From assembly GCA_963718875.1 (NCBI GenBank), contig OY970378.1:1011691-1075690 (forward strand): a stretch of 64,000 nt of DNA, given 5' to 3'. The translations under genes and the position numbers were made by a program. Of this stretch, positions 17,406 through 27,508 are shown one piece after another. The DNA is from Candidatus Parcubacteria bacterium (lineage in GTDB: Bacteria > Patescibacteriota > Saccharimonadia > UBA4664 > JBIOIQ01). The notes under the pieces are model-generated. The model was given only the letters and a program-made list of their open reading frames with translations, was not told where the DNA came from and did no database searches. How positions within the stretch are numbered: the first letter of the stretch is position 1; each line of letters starts with the position of its first letter.

Positions 17406-18226
17406 TATCTGGCACCCACCAGGTTGCTACTTTCATAACGGCGGATTGAGCGGCGGAAAAGCCACAGAGTTACAGCCAGCCAAAATAGCGCAACCGGAAT
17501 ACCCAAAAGCACAGTCCGCCAATCAAATCGATGCAATACATCCAGTTGGACCGCGCCTATAAAAAGACCGGGGACAATCGTTAGCAAAAATACCCGTAGG
17601 ACTCCGGTCAGAATTCCCGTGGGGTATAGACCACTGTCCAGAATGGATGTACCAACCATTCTGCTAATTTGTTCGCTGTCAAAAACGTAAAAGGCTATTA
17701 TTCCAGGCAGTAAGACTACAAAACACCAAAAAATTATTAAGCCTATCAAGAGCGATCCGGTAAACACAATTAGCTTTGTAACGCTTATTCCAGACACCAA
17801 CATGTACCATGTAACCAACCCGAGCCCCAGCAATAGATCGCCAAACGTGGTTGAGTCTACGTTACTGCTAGCCAGCTGTAGCAAAAGTGGCGTTGGTTTT
17901 GTAAGCATATTATCGAGCGATCCCCGATCAACATGCTTAGGTAAGTCCAGGATTCCAACGCTTAATATCATGACGATGCCGAATATCACCATATTCATAC
18001 CTTCAAAGCCAATTAACTCTTGCGCACGCCAGCCATTGATTGATCCAAAACGCTGGAATAAAAACAACCAAGCAATGGTTATGGCAGCATTGTTCAATAT
18101 CATAGCCCCTATTTGTAATGCAAATGCGCCTCGCAAGGCCATGGCTCCTTTAATTTGCAAGCAAAGGCTATGCCAATACACGCCTAGGTCCTTGCGAAGG
18201 TCACGCAAACTATATTTATCCACCAT
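17405..18226 (-). CDS. ABC-2 family transporter permease
   Basis: 273-aa polytopic membrane protein in an operon with an ABC ATPase. Confidence 0.6.
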   Translation of the reverse strand: MVDKYSLRDLRKDLGVYWHSLCLQIKGAMALRGAFALQIGAMILNNAAITIAWLFLFQRFGSINGWRAQELIGFEGMNMVIFGIVMILSVGILDLPKHVDRGSLDNMLTKPTPLLLQLASSNVDSTTFGDLLLGLGLVTWYMLVSGISVTKLIVFTGSLLIGLIIFWCFVVLLPGIIAFYVFDSEQISRMVGTSILDSGLYPTGILTGVLRVFLLTIVPGLFIGAVQLDVLHRFDWRTVLLGIPVALFWLAVTLWLFRRSIRRYESSNLVGAR

Positions 18227-19013
18227 TCACCTCAATGCGTAATAAAGCTCGTTTCCAAATGACGTTACAAATGTAGACAAGTACACCTGTCCATACGATG
18301 GCTGACAAGACATAGCCTGGCAACACGCTGGCAATTTGAGGATTAAACAGCTGTGTCGGAGCCGAGTAAACCCCTAAAGGAGAAAACCGCACAAATGTTT
18401 GGACCCCTTGAGGGAGCAAGGCAATGGGCACAAACCCCCCGCCGAATACAAGGATAGCCTTATCGAACAATCTAAAAACCGATTTAGCATCATTGAGCCA
18501 AAAGGCCGCTAGGCCAATAGATAGGAAGAGACTGCTTGCACTTATAATAGCAAGCGTAGTAAGAACGAAAAACATTAGCAGAAAAGGCATGGTCCAGAAT
18601 GATATATCTGGCTTGTTAATGAGCAGGAGTAAAAATATGGGTGATATGAATAGTTGCACCAAAAATACGGTTCCGTTCTTGCCTAACAGCTGACATAACT
18701 TTGCAAGTCTCCAGTCTACTGGCTTGATTAACTGAACCTCAATTTCACCCGTTTGAACATCCCGCTCTACCAGGGTGAACAAATGTCGTAAGCCTAAGTT
18801 TGATATAAAAGCAAAGTATACTGCCAGGCTCCATACGGCGTTTTGATAAGGCAGCGATGGTTTGTTGAATTGATAAGCAGCAGCGTAGATAGCGGACAAC
18901 AAAAAAACCCGAAAAAACGTTACAGCTACCGCTCCAACTCTTCTTTGCCAAGTATCCTCTCTTGCCGATGCAACGACAATTCGCCAGTACGGTCGCCAGT
19001 TCATTTTACTCAT
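18216..19013 (-). CDS. ABC-2 family transporter permease
   Basis: 265-aa polytopic membrane protein; overlaps the downstream permease by 11 nt. Confidence 0.6.
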   Translation of the reverse strand: MSKMNWRPYWRIVVASAREDTWQRRVGAVAVTFFRVFLLSAIYAAAYQFNKPSLPYQNAVWSLAVYFAFISNLGLRHLFTLVERDVQTGEIEVQLIKPVDWRLAKLCQLLGKNGTVFLVQLFISPIFLLLLINKPDISFWTMPFLLMFFVLTTLAIISASSLFLSIGLAAFWLNDAKSVFRLFDKAILVFGGGFVPIALLPQGVQTFVRFSPLGVYSAPTQLFNPQIASVLPGYVLSAIVWTGVLVYICNVIWKRALLRIEVNGG

Positions 19014-19163
19014 CGTAGGATCTGTTCCAACTTTTATAAAGACTTGGCTGGGATGGAGTACAAGGAGAGCTTGAAGACCGTAAGTAAGCCGTAGTAGTAC
19101 CTACGGCGAACGCGGACTGGAAAGATCGACACCGTAATACGCACAGCCAAGCCTTTATAGATC

Positions 19164-20141
19164 TCATGGTGCTTGCCGAGTGTAGAGCTCGTGAATTATG
19201 TCTTCCAAGGGTGTATCTTCGACCGTCATATCGGCAATTTCTAGTGACTCAAGCATGGCCGGAAGAAATTTTTTCATTGAGTGTTTGGCGGTATCTATAG
19301 AATAAGTAGCTACACCGTCCTCATAATTAGCTGGTGCAATACCCAAGATAGCTGGCATCTCTTTTAGCTGCTTTTTGAGTACTACCCTTACTGTTTTGTT
19401 CTTGAGGTAGTCAGACTTGAGTTGGTCGGTAGGAGTATCAAGCATGATTCGGCCGTGATTGATAATAACGGTACGGTCACTAACTTCTTCGACGTCCCCA
19501 ACATCATGACTCGTTAAGAAAATGGTGGTTCCGAGGTCGCGATTTATCTGCCTGACGGCCTCTCTTAAGCTGCGTCTAGCCACAACATCAAGACCAATGG
19601 TGGGTTCGTCCAGAAAAACAATCTCTGGATTATGTAGAAGCGAGTTGGCTACTTCTGCCCGCATACGTTGGCCAAGTGACAGCTTGCGGACTGGTTGACC
19701 AGCAAATTCTTCTAGGTTAAATTGGGCCGTCACTTCATTTATGCGTTTCTGAACTTGACTGCGATCGATGGCGTACATATCGGCCGTTAATTTAAGGCTG
19801 TCAATAAGGGGCAAGTTAAAAATAAGCTGAGACCGTTGACCAAACACCGTGCCGATTCGATAGGCAAGTTCACGCCTTTGGCTAAGTGGGTTAAGTTCCA
19901 ACGCCCTAATGAGCCCTTTGGTCGGTTGTAAAATACCGCAGAGCATTTTTATCGTAGTGGATTTGCCAGCCCCATTTGGCCCAATAAAAGCTATGGACTC
20001 ACCTGCTTCGACTTGCAGGCTAATATTGTCAACCGCCTTAACTTGCTTGTGCTCAGGATTAAAAAAGCCTTTCAATCCTTGCCGTTTGGCATAAGTAAAG
20101 GTTTTGGAAACATTATGGAGAGTAATGGCAGGTTGTGGCAT
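19164..20141 (-). CDS. ABC transporter ATP-binding protein
   Basis: Walker A GPNGAGKST, signature LSLGQRMR, Walker B VFLDEPTIGLD. Confidence 0.8.
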   Translation of the reverse strand: MPQPAITLHNVSKTFTYAKRQGLKGFFNPEHKQVKAVDNISLQVEAGESIAFIGPNGAGKSTTIKMLCGILQPTKGLIRALELNPLSQRRELAYRIGTVFGQRSQLIFNLPLIDSLKLTADMYAIDRSQVQKRINEVTAQFNLEEFAGQPVRKLSLGQRMRAEVANSLLHNPEIVFLDEPTIGLDVVARRSLREAVRQINRDLGTTIFLTSHDVGDVEEVSDRTVIINHGRIMLDTPTDQLKSDYLKNKTVRVVLKKQLKEMPAILGIAPANYEDGVATYSIDTAKHSMKKFLPAMLESLEIADMTVEDTPLEDIIHELYTRQAP

Positions 20142-20175
20142 TGTAGGTTTTTAATTTACCTTACTTTTAGATGGT

Positions 20176-20232
20176 TGAAGTCGGACTTCAATCTTTGATA
20201 ATTTAAGCAATATTGATTTGAAGTCTGACTTC
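20176..20232. repeat. paired nested-palindrome repeat R2 (GAAGTCGGACTTCAATC ... GATTTGAAGTCTGACTTC)
   Basis: same family as R1, R3 and R4; inner segment TTAAGCAAT shared with R3. Confidence 0.6.
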
Positions 20233-20408
20233 TAATCTGGTTTTATTGTAGCGAAGTTTCAGCACAAGTGGAAACGGGTTATCATTGCAAGGGATCCCGA
20301 TTTTTTGCGACATGATGAAGGTAGCATCATGAGATTGCCACGCTCATCCTTCGCTCGCAATGACGATTTTGTAAATCCACTAGGGTCATACCGTGTAATA
20401 ATAAACTT

Positions 20409-20681
20409 ATGGATAAAAAACACTACAAGATTCGCGTCACCGGTAAAGTTCAAGATGTTGGCTTTCGTTCCAGCGCCAAGCGCCGGGCCGAAGAATTGGG
20501 CTTACATGGTTTTGCACGCAACGAGCCAGACGGAACGGTTTATGTTGAAGTTGAAGGGTCAGCTGATCAAGTTGAAAAGTTTTTAGAGTGGTGCCAAAAT
20601 GGCTCGAACGAAGCAATCGTAGAAACTGTTGACGTGACTGATCACCCCCCGGTTGGGCATGAGGGGTTTGAGCGGCTGTAA
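20409..20681 (+). CDS. acyP: acylphosphatase
   Basis: 90 aa; VTGKVQDVGFRSSAKRRAEELGLHGFARNEPDGTVYVEVEG matches the acylphosphatase signatures. Confidence 0.75.
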   Translation: MDKKHYKIRVTGKVQDVGFRSSAKRRAEELGLHGFARNEPDGTVYVEVEGSADQVEKFLEWCQNGSNEAIVETVDVTDHPPVGHEGFERL

Positions 20682-20716
20682 AAAAACTGCCCGCCCCAAG
20701 ACTTCCGGGGCGGGCG
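20680..20716. terminator. bidirectional intrinsic terminator (perfect 9-bp GC stem); the U tract is on the minus-strand side
   Basis: GCCCGCCCC-aagacttcc-GGGGCGGGC preceded by an A7 run; sits between convergent acyP and the 20749-21126 gene. Confidence 0.55.
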
Positions 20717-20748
20717 TTCTGACAATTGGCCTCTGTCACTCATCTGAT

Positions 20749-21126
20749 TCAGCTGGGTGTTTCTTGCCTGCCACGGTAGATCAGCCAGTCGAGCTTGCCC
20801 TGCAAGAGAGGAATCTCTAGCAAGATACAGAGGCAGCCGATAACTATCCAAAATGCGCCGTCCAGACCAAGCGCTACGATCAGCAGGGCCACAGAGGCAA
20901 GGGAAAATGCCACCGCAGTAGTGCGTGTAAGCGGAAGCTCCGACAGCGCTACCAGAATAGGATCGGCCATCCCCGACATCACGACTGGGAGCAGCATCGT
21001 GCAGATCAAGATGACGACTAACAGGCCGGACCACCAGATACTCTCGAAGATGGGCGCGATGGCTACTGCCATAACAGCTGCGATAACGCCGGCCGACTTA
21101 CGGCGGAGAGCCTGCATATCGTTCAT
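20749..21126 (-). CDS. hypothetical membrane protein (GC-rich islet)
   Basis: 125 aa, three or four hydrophobic helices; SD AAGGAAG 6 nt before ATG; GC-rich relative to the flanks. Confidence 0.45.
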   Translation of the reverse strand: MNDMQALRRKSAGVIAAVMAVAIAPIFESIWWSGLLVVILICTMLLPVVMSGMADPILVALSELPLTRTTAVAFSLASVALLIVALGLDGAFWIVIGCLCILLEIPLLQGKLDWLIYRGRQETPS

Positions 21127-21215
21127 ATGCCACTTCCTTATCGTTGGATCGTAGATGCGAGTAATTTCGCTTTATTATTGTTGACCCAAAAGGGTTTTTT
21201 GGCAATGGCGAAAAG

Positions 21216-21272
21216 AGAAGTCAGACTTTAATATTCGCCGCATTAAGCAATCCAGATTTGAAGTCTGACTTC
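21216..21272. repeat. paired nested-palindrome repeat R3 (AGAAGTCAGACTTTAAT ... GATTTGAAGTCTGACTTC)
   Basis: same family; lies between two minus-strand genes. Confidence 0.6.
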
Positions 21273-21285
21273 GATTTTCTGAAAT

Positions 21286-21822
21286 TTACGGTACTAGCTC
21301 TGGTCCCTTATCTAGATGGTCATTATAAAACTGTAAAATTTTGGCTTCGTCGGGTGTAGTTAAACTATGGGAGTATGTCCAGGCAGTTAATTCAATGGGG
21401 TTTTTATTAGCCGCCCGAGGGGCAAGAATAGCTTTGACCGAGTTAAATTGTTGGCTTACCGGCAGCTTGTTATAAATCTGCTTTAGTTTCGCAATTTGGT
21501 CTTTGGGCAGGTCCGGCTTGTAAAAAATATTTATACCGCCATGCTCTAGGTTGTGTACCAACTGCTCATCCGGTAAGGCACTATCTTTAATCCCCCAAGT
21601 TGCTGGCTGAGGGTAATGCGAGCCTGAGGTGGGTGGATTAGAGTTGTAGGTTTCATGGGGAGTACCCGGCTGAATATGGGTTTGTCCTTGGTTTGCATGT
21701 GTTGTACCGAGTCGTTTTGCGTTATCTTTTTTGGCCGGGGTAGATTTGTTGCCGATTATAAACAAGCCAATCAGTACGGCGACAATGGCAACTAAACCTA
21801 GGGGTAAACCAAGCTTTTTCAT
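21286..21822 (-). CDS. secreted/membrane-anchored protein, DUF3105-like (tentative)
   Basis: N-terminal signal-anchor; LVHNLEHGGINIFY resembles the conserved His/Gly block of DUF3105. Confidence 0.45.
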   Translation of the reverse strand: MKKLGLPLGLVAIVAVLIGLFIIGNKSTPAKKDNAKRLGTTHANQGQTHIQPGTPHETYNSNPPTSGSHYPQPATWGIKDSALPDEQLVHNLEHGGINIFYKPDLPKDQIAKLKQIYNKLPVSQQFNSVKAILAPRAANKNPIELTAWTYSHSLTTPDEAKILQFYNDHLDKGPELVP

Positions 21823-21899
21823 TAAAAATTCCTAATTAAATTCTAATCTAACTCGAACAATGTTATTTATTTATACCACATTTTACAAGTTGCTAAGCG

Positions 21900-24527
21900 C
21901 TACACTTCTTCCATTCTGATGTTGCGCAACCTGGGAACACCACCCTTGAGGGGGATAACCAGCCTGGCTTTTTTTGAAGGAGTATTTTCCAAATATCTCC
22001 AGGTGATGGTTTGAACGAGTTGATCCGCCAATAATTCTGACAACATAGCCTGGTACTGCGGTGATTCGAGCAGACTAGTGTTAGCCGAAACAACCACCTG
22101 GCCTTCAGTGCCGAATTCAAGCTCCAGACTAACTTCTTTTAACGTTTCCGGGAAATGGTATCTTTCGCCAATTTCCGAGACTGCTAAGATCAACATGTCT
22201 TCTTTGGTCGAGTGGATAGGGATACTTGCTTCGACTTTTTTGGGATCATACGTAACTGAACGAGAAGACAGTTCTAAAGAAAGAGTTAGTTCCGGTAGCT
22301 GGACGGGCTGGGGTTTTTCAATAGGATGTTCTGGTGTGAGCAAATCCGGAACGGGGTGGTCGGTTTTACTAGTCTTTTTAGCAAAATCACGAGTGGCTGG
22401 CACAGTTGTCCAGAGGGCAACACGTCCGGAAATCTTATTCTTATCACCGCGCCTTTCTCTACTTTTGGCTCCAGGTGACTGTGTAATCCAGGTTGGTAAC
22501 TCCGCAGTTTCTTTATCCCCAAAGGCATGTGGACCGATTGTATAAACCTCAGTGTCCTGGTATTTGGCTGCCACCTGCTCGCCGGTTTCATCGGTAACAT
22601 ACTCGGCTGAAAGGCCTCCCCCTGGCAGCTCTAAAGCTAATGGATTTTCGGCTTTTACCCCGGACAGAAAATAGTTTAGTCGCATTCCCGAACCATCATC
22701 TTCGATCTGACCGGCGATTGGATCACCATGACTCCTAGGAAAAAGATGATAATTAACCAACTTTTTCCCAGAACTTTCATCGACAGTTATACTGTCAACG
22801 ACCAATTCTTTGTAAAAACTATCTGGTCCAAAAAACACATGCGACCCAGCAGATTCAAAAATTTGACCGAGTGAAGCATTTACTGTTTCGGGGTTTCTAA
22901 TTATGCTGTTGGCGAGACGCTTATTTACAACTTGTGCAAAATCTTTATCAAACCCGGTGGTCATAATTACATGGTCTACGATCTGTGTGGCTGTACCGCT
23001 AAACTTTTTTTGTCCATCTTCCAGGACGTTATTGCCTTCTTCATCTCTTTCATAAATGCCATAGGTAATTTCAATCTTGCCGTCATCCGTACGGCGCAAA
23101 GAAAGCGCGCGTCCATCGATGGGGTTAATTCTATGAAAATACTCTTCGGGATCTATCCCTTCCGGCGGTACATCACCAGCCATTTTGGTGTACCGATGCC
23201 GTAAGCTGGTGGCAAACTTTTGCTCATCCTTCTGTTCAAGCCCGATCCAATCGATAGTTATGTTTGTCTCTTGACGCGTAGTTAAACCGGCGTTGCCACC
23301 ATACCCTAGCAGCTGCTCTCCTACTGTGCTGCCCGAATCACCGGCTCCAATTACCGCTACTCTACCCCAGCCTTCAAATGGCAGTTCACCCCGACGTATC
23401 CTGTCAATAGTTTGACGCTGGAACGATCCCAAGGTGTGTACTTGGGCTTCTTGGCCATTTCTATGCTTGTCTGCTTCTTCGGCTACTATCTGTTGCGACT
23501 GTTCGTCTCGAAAGCTAGAGGTTTCCCTTCCTAATCCGCCCGCCCAAATTAATCGATCTGTTGTAACTTCATAGCTTTTGCCTGTTTGAGGGTCCACAAA
23601 AGTCACAATGTATTCCGCCTTGCCATCTTCTTGAGCGTATGGGTTGCGCCGCACTTCTGAAACTTCGGCGTTTACCAAGGCTCGGCCTGCCAGAGTTTCA
23701 TTGACTCTAACAGCTGTCGCCAACTTATCTTGAGCGCTATAGGCATCATAATGCAGGTCTGAATCCGTCAGGGCTCCCCGCCCCAAGCTGTTCTTGTTAC
23801 CGCTGCGACCAGCAATATTTTCGCTAGGATCTGAGGACTCTGGCCCAGACTTGGTGTTGAGTTCGTGAACCTCAGTTTCGTAGGCGAACTGTCCGCCTAG
23901 ATGAGCACCAGCCTCCAAAATAAGACTCGGGTGGTCGGGGTCTTGAAAAAGACGCTCTGCAACATAGACTTGTGCGTGCGGGCCGGAGCCAATTATGATT
24001 TCATGAACATGGGTTTCGCCGCCCAAAATACGTTCCTTAAACTCATCCGATTCACGCTCGGTGAGACGGTCAATCGCTTCATTCATAAGCGCTTGTCCGC
24101 GTTCCACTCGAACAATTCCGGCTAAGTAAGGTGTAAGATCGCGATGGGTTTGACCTTCCGAGACGGCCTCATCGGCACCATCTTCGCCATACCCTACCAT
24201 TTTTTCTTGGAGGGCAGCTCGCGCTGGGGCATCCTCCGCCGAAACGCCTTCTCTGCCCTCAGCTATATCTCTTTTGATCAATCGGCGGCGGACGCTATCG
24301 GTCACAGAAGAGCGGATTTCGTCTATAGCCCTTACGGCCCGACTTAACGCCCGTAACTCTGGGGTTTTGAGGCGCTCAGCCATCACCCTGCGGCCTTTCG
24401 TCTCAAGATCTTCATCTAATGCTTCGGGCGTGAGGATGGTAGGAAACGGATCCCGTTCTGAATCAGTGATGGCGGGGAGAGCGGCGCTAGCTTCTATATC
24501 TGGTTGGCTCTGTACTATTTCGGGCAT
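21900..24527 (-). CDS. large (875 aa) two-dinucleotide-binding flavoprotein, class-B flavin monooxygenase-like core with extra N- and C-terminal regions
   Basis: two Rossmann motifs (HEIIIGSGPHAQVYV and RVAVIGAGDSGSTVGEQL) and an ATG-like motif (VIMTTGFD); flanking ~170-aa N-terminal and ~250-aa C-terminal regions unrecognised. Confidence 0.55.
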   Translation of the reverse strand: MPEIVQSQPDIEASAALPAITDSERDPFPTILTPEALDEDLETKGRRVMAERLKTPELRALSRAVRAIDEIRSSVTDSVRRRLIKRDIAEGREGVSAEDAPARAALQEKMVGYGEDGADEAVSEGQTHRDLTPYLAGIVRVERGQALMNEAIDRLTERESDEFKERILGGETHVHEIIIGSGPHAQVYVAERLFQDPDHPSLILEAGAHLGGQFAYETEVHELNTKSGPESSDPSENIAGRSGNKNSLGRGALTDSDLHYDAYSAQDKLATAVRVNETLAGRALVNAEVSEVRRNPYAQEDGKAEYIVTFVDPQTGKSYEVTTDRLIWAGGLGRETSSFRDEQSQQIVAEEADKHRNGQEAQVHTLGSFQRQTIDRIRRGELPFEGWGRVAVIGAGDSGSTVGEQLLGYGGNAGLTTRQETNITIDWIGLEQKDEQKFATSLRHRYTKMAGDVPPEGIDPEEYFHRINPIDGRALSLRRTDDGKIEITYGIYERDEEGNNVLEDGQKKFSGTATQIVDHVIMTTGFDKDFAQVVNKRLANSIIRNPETVNASLGQIFESAGSHVFFGPDSFYKELVVDSITVDESSGKKLVNYHLFPRSHGDPIAGQIEDDGSGMRLNYFLSGVKAENPLALELPGGGLSAEYVTDETGEQVAAKYQDTEVYTIGPHAFGDKETAELPTWITQSPGAKSRERRGDKNKISGRVALWTTVPATRDFAKKTSKTDHPVPDLLTPEHPIEKPQPVQLPELTLSLELSSRSVTYDPKKVEASIPIHSTKEDMLILAVSEIGERYHFPETLKEVSLELEFGTEGQVVVSANTSLLESPQYQAMLSELLADQLVQTITWRYLENTPSKKARLVIPLKGGVPRLRNIRMEEV

Positions 24528-24583
24528 AGTTATTACGCTTAATGCGCTAATTATAGCTTATCGTTAAGGCAAATCATAACAGG

Positions 24584-25654
24584 CTAGAAAATTTCTACCG
24601 GAAGGCCTGTAAAACTAGCGTAGCGATTAGCTGCTTCAGCTATAGCTTTCGATGGGTGTTCGGCCGATACATCAAATGGTTTGAGTTTAATCTTGATTTT
24701 GCTTTTAGTAGCAGTCTTTTTCCAAGTTCCCACAACTTGGCCGTCTACTAAAATGGTGGCTAAAAACATGCCGTTGCCGCCAGGGACAACTTTTTGGCTA
24801 TAAGCTGGCGCTAGAACTGCCGAACGATCTTTATACCCCAGCAGATATTCATCAAAGCCAGGTAATAAATAAATCGGTTCTGATGAAACGGGTCGGGGCT
24901 GACGGCGTGATAAGAAATATTGACTGTCGTCGATGGTTTCGGGCGTGATGCTTGAGCCGGCTAACGCGATGCCGGCACGGGCATCAACGGCCGTCAATCC
25001 CGACCACCACATAAAATCTTGAACTGTGGCGGGACCATGACTGCTAAAATACGTAGTCGTTAATTTAGCTAACGCCTCCTCCCGACTTATCTGAGGCTGT
25101 GGCGGCAACCAATCCTCCAACCATACGAAGGTAGGCTGTTTGCCCTCATTGGGACCAAAGCAGATTAAGCCATCCTGAGACAATTGCCATAAGATGTGGT
25201 AACCGCGCTGGTTAGCTGTAGCTATGCCAGCTTGCTCTAAAGAGGTTAAAAGCTGGGCCCGAGTGACTACTCTTCCAACTTGAAGCGCGGCCGCAAGGAC
25301 CTCTTTGGCCTTACCGAAAACTTTATCATTAAGACTCAAGTTTTTCCGACGACTGGCCGCTCCGGCAATCACACGCGGAGTCAGCAACTTAAGCATCCAG
25401 CGCACATCCTGAGGTGCCACAAAGTGCAATGTGCCGCGCATAGGCCAGGTACGAATGAGCTCCCTATCGGCCACAGCCTGCTCAATGTCGGCATCGGTGA
25501 CGCCAATTGGCAGGCGTAATCCGATTGACCATTTAGCGCCGGGGTAATCTTGCGCCTGTATCGCACCCATCCAAGCCACTATCTCAGCTGGGGTAGTAAA
25601 TTGGGAATGGCTGATTTGCTGATTCGACAATCTCATCTCGGAGATTTTGTTCAT
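24584..25654 (-). CDS. winged-helix DNA glycosylase of the YcaQ/AlkZ (HTH_42, DUF1006) family
   Basis: 356 aa; N-terminal RLSNQQISHSQF...AIQAQDYPGAKWSIGLR contains the Q-hydrophobic-Q catalytic-type motif of AlkZ-like crosslink-repair glycosylases. Confidence 0.6.
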   Translation of the reverse strand: MNKISEMRLSNQQISHSQFTTPAEIVAWMGAIQAQDYPGAKWSIGLRLPIGVTDADIEQAVADRELIRTWPMRGTLHFVAPQDVRWMLKLLTPRVIAGAASRRKNLSLNDKVFGKAKEVLAAALQVGRVVTRAQLLTSLEQAGIATANQRGYHILWQLSQDGLICFGPNEGKQPTFVWLEDWLPPQPQISREEALAKLTTTYFSSHGPATVQDFMWWSGLTAVDARAGIALAGSSITPETIDDSQYFLSRRQPRPVSSEPIYLLPGFDEYLLGYKDRSAVLAPAYSQKVVPGGNGMFLATILVDGQVVGTWKKTATKSKIKIKLKPFDVSAEHPSKAIAEAANRYASFTGLPVEIF

Positions 25655-25673
25655 GGGCTAATGATAGCAGATA

Positions 25674-26093
25674 CTATATGCCGATAAGGCCGATGACAAT
25701 ACCCATTACCATCAATGTTACGAACTCGTTACCAATATTGAGCGCTGTTAGCTTCATGGGGCGACCTTCAAATGCGTCATGAGTAATGAAACGGGCGGCT
25801 GTAAAACCAAGCCACATCCAAAAGGCCGTTGTAACAGAATCTTGTAAGAAGCTATTGTTAAAGAATTGGTTGGAGAGATACGCCACGTGTGCGAGCACAT
25901 AGGCGGTGACAAGACTAACTACCATGGTTACGATAATGGGTTTTGCTACACTACCGCGGTCTTTCGTCATATCAATCTTTGCGAGCTTTGCCCATATTTT
26001 GCCAAATACCGGCATGGCATACCATATACTACCAACAATCAACGAGCTAATCATGGCTGCCAAAACGGCCCAAAAGTTAATTTGTACGTCCAT
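25674..26093 (-). CDS. DUF1761 family membrane protein
   Basis: 139 aa; N-terminus WAVLAAMISSLIVGSIWYAMPVFGKIW matches the DUF1761 pattern. Confidence 0.5.
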   Translation of the reverse strand: MDVQINFWAVLAAMISSLIVGSIWYAMPVFGKIWAKLAKIDMTKDRGSVAKPIIVTMVVSLVTAYVLAHVAYLSNQFFNNSFLQDSVTTAFWMWLGFTAARFITHDAFEGRPMKLTALNIGNEFVTLMVMGIVIGLIGI

Positions 26094-26293
26094 TTATAAG
26101 TTCTCCATTATGCTTGGATTGTACCTCTGGGTAGCGATTTTGCCTAGTAGACTAATGCTTAACCGTATTAGCAATCTTTGGCTCAACCATTTCCAGCTCA
26201 TCCAGCGGTACCAATGCTGGGCTGAAAAGAAAAAACTGCTATTGTTAGGAAATGAAAGAAACACCAAAAGTTAGTGTAGCCACGCCCAAATTG

Positions 26294-26746
26294 TTAGGGC
26301 GAGTTCAGTGCATTCAAAAAATCCGTCAAAATATTTTTATTTGACGGAACGCCCCGGTTTAAATAGCGGATGACTCCACTAGAATCGATCCCCACAACTG
26401 AACGGCGAATAACTTTGATGGGTCCAATCTGCCATAAGCAATCATAGGCTTTCGAGACGGCATAGTCGTAGTCGCTGAGCAGACGCAAATGCAGAAACTT
26501 CCGTTTGGCAAAGACATTATGAGTATCAGCATCAGCGTTGTTGATGCCAAAAACTTCCAGGCCGTTCTGAGCAAACTCGTCAAGGTCTTTGTTGATAGCG
26601 CAAAGCTGTCTGGTACAGGTGGGAGATTGGTCATAGGGATAGAAAACAAGTATCACGGCGTTTTTAGCCAAACGCTCATGCAGGTTATAATTCTGACCTT
26701 TCTGATCCATGAGAGTAAAATCCGGCGCCACAGCCCCAGTTGTCAT
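26294..26746 (-). CDS. bcp: thiol peroxidase / peroxiredoxin (Bcp-type, AhpC-TSA family)
   Basis: FYPYDQSPTCT peroxidatic-Cys motif; 150 aa. Confidence 0.7.
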   Translation of the reverse strand: MTTGAVAPDFTLMDQKGQNYNLHERLAKNAVILVFYPYDQSPTCTRQLCAINKDLDEFAQNGLEVFGINNADADTHNVFAKRKFLHLRLLSDYDYAVSKAYDCLWQIGPIKVIRRSVVGIDSSGVIRYLNRGVPSNKNILTDFLNALNSP

Positions 26747-26834
26747 TACTTAACCTGCTTAATTATTTTTAGTTTACACCACTTAGTAATTGATGACCCA
26801 TAAATTGTCTATAACGGCAGATTTTACGCAAGTT

Positions 26835-27218
26835 TTAGGTGCTTTTTGACTGTGGCTGAAAATAGTAATATGCAAAACCAGCTGCCAGCACTGCGTGTAA
26901 AATTACTCCTGTCCAGCCACTCGAGCCCAAGTAGCCTTGGCTAATATCGGCCACATTAACAACAACGCCCAGCGCTTGCATTACCAAGTTTCCAGTGATA
27001 ACTACTTTGAGGGCTTTGGCATCGTCAATGCCCCGAGCCAGCCAGTTGATAGCGGCAACTCCTAAGAGGGTTGTACCGAGGTCTCTAAAAAGGACTCGCC
27101 CTAGATCTGTCAGGTCTAGGCCAAAACCCTTGGCCATGTTGGCAGAGTTAAATATCATACTGAGGCCAAATAAGCCCAATACTACGGCAGATATGCTTAA
27201 AAAAGTTTTTAGCTTCAC
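26835..27218 (-). CDS. hypothetical small membrane protein (4 predicted helices)
   Basis: 127-aa hydrophobic ORF. Confidence 0.45.
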   Translation of the reverse strand: MKLKTFLSISAVVLGLFGLSMIFNSANMAKGFGLDLTDLGRVLFRDLGTTLLGVAAINWLARGIDDAKALKVVITGNLVMQALGVVVNVADISQGYLGSSGWTGVILHAVLAAGFAYYYFQPQSKST

Positions 27219-27508
27219 GGGAGTTCTCCTTATTTATCCTTATGGTAACAGATTTTAACTTAAAGTACTGTTCTTTTCTTTGAGATTGCGCTACCTAAAA
27301 ATTAAGTAGCTGGCTGGTGGGTACCTGAATCAGATAGCTAGCATCCGCCTCCATATTTGACCGTAACGCTTGCAGAAGGGTCACTGATGTCACCAGCTGT
27401 AGCGACTGCTCGAATATAATAAACTAGGGAAATCGCATCGCAGCTGGGTGGGGGCGGCGGCAAAATATGGTGATAATTTGTAACAGTTGGCTCAGCCAGC
27501 AAATTGCC

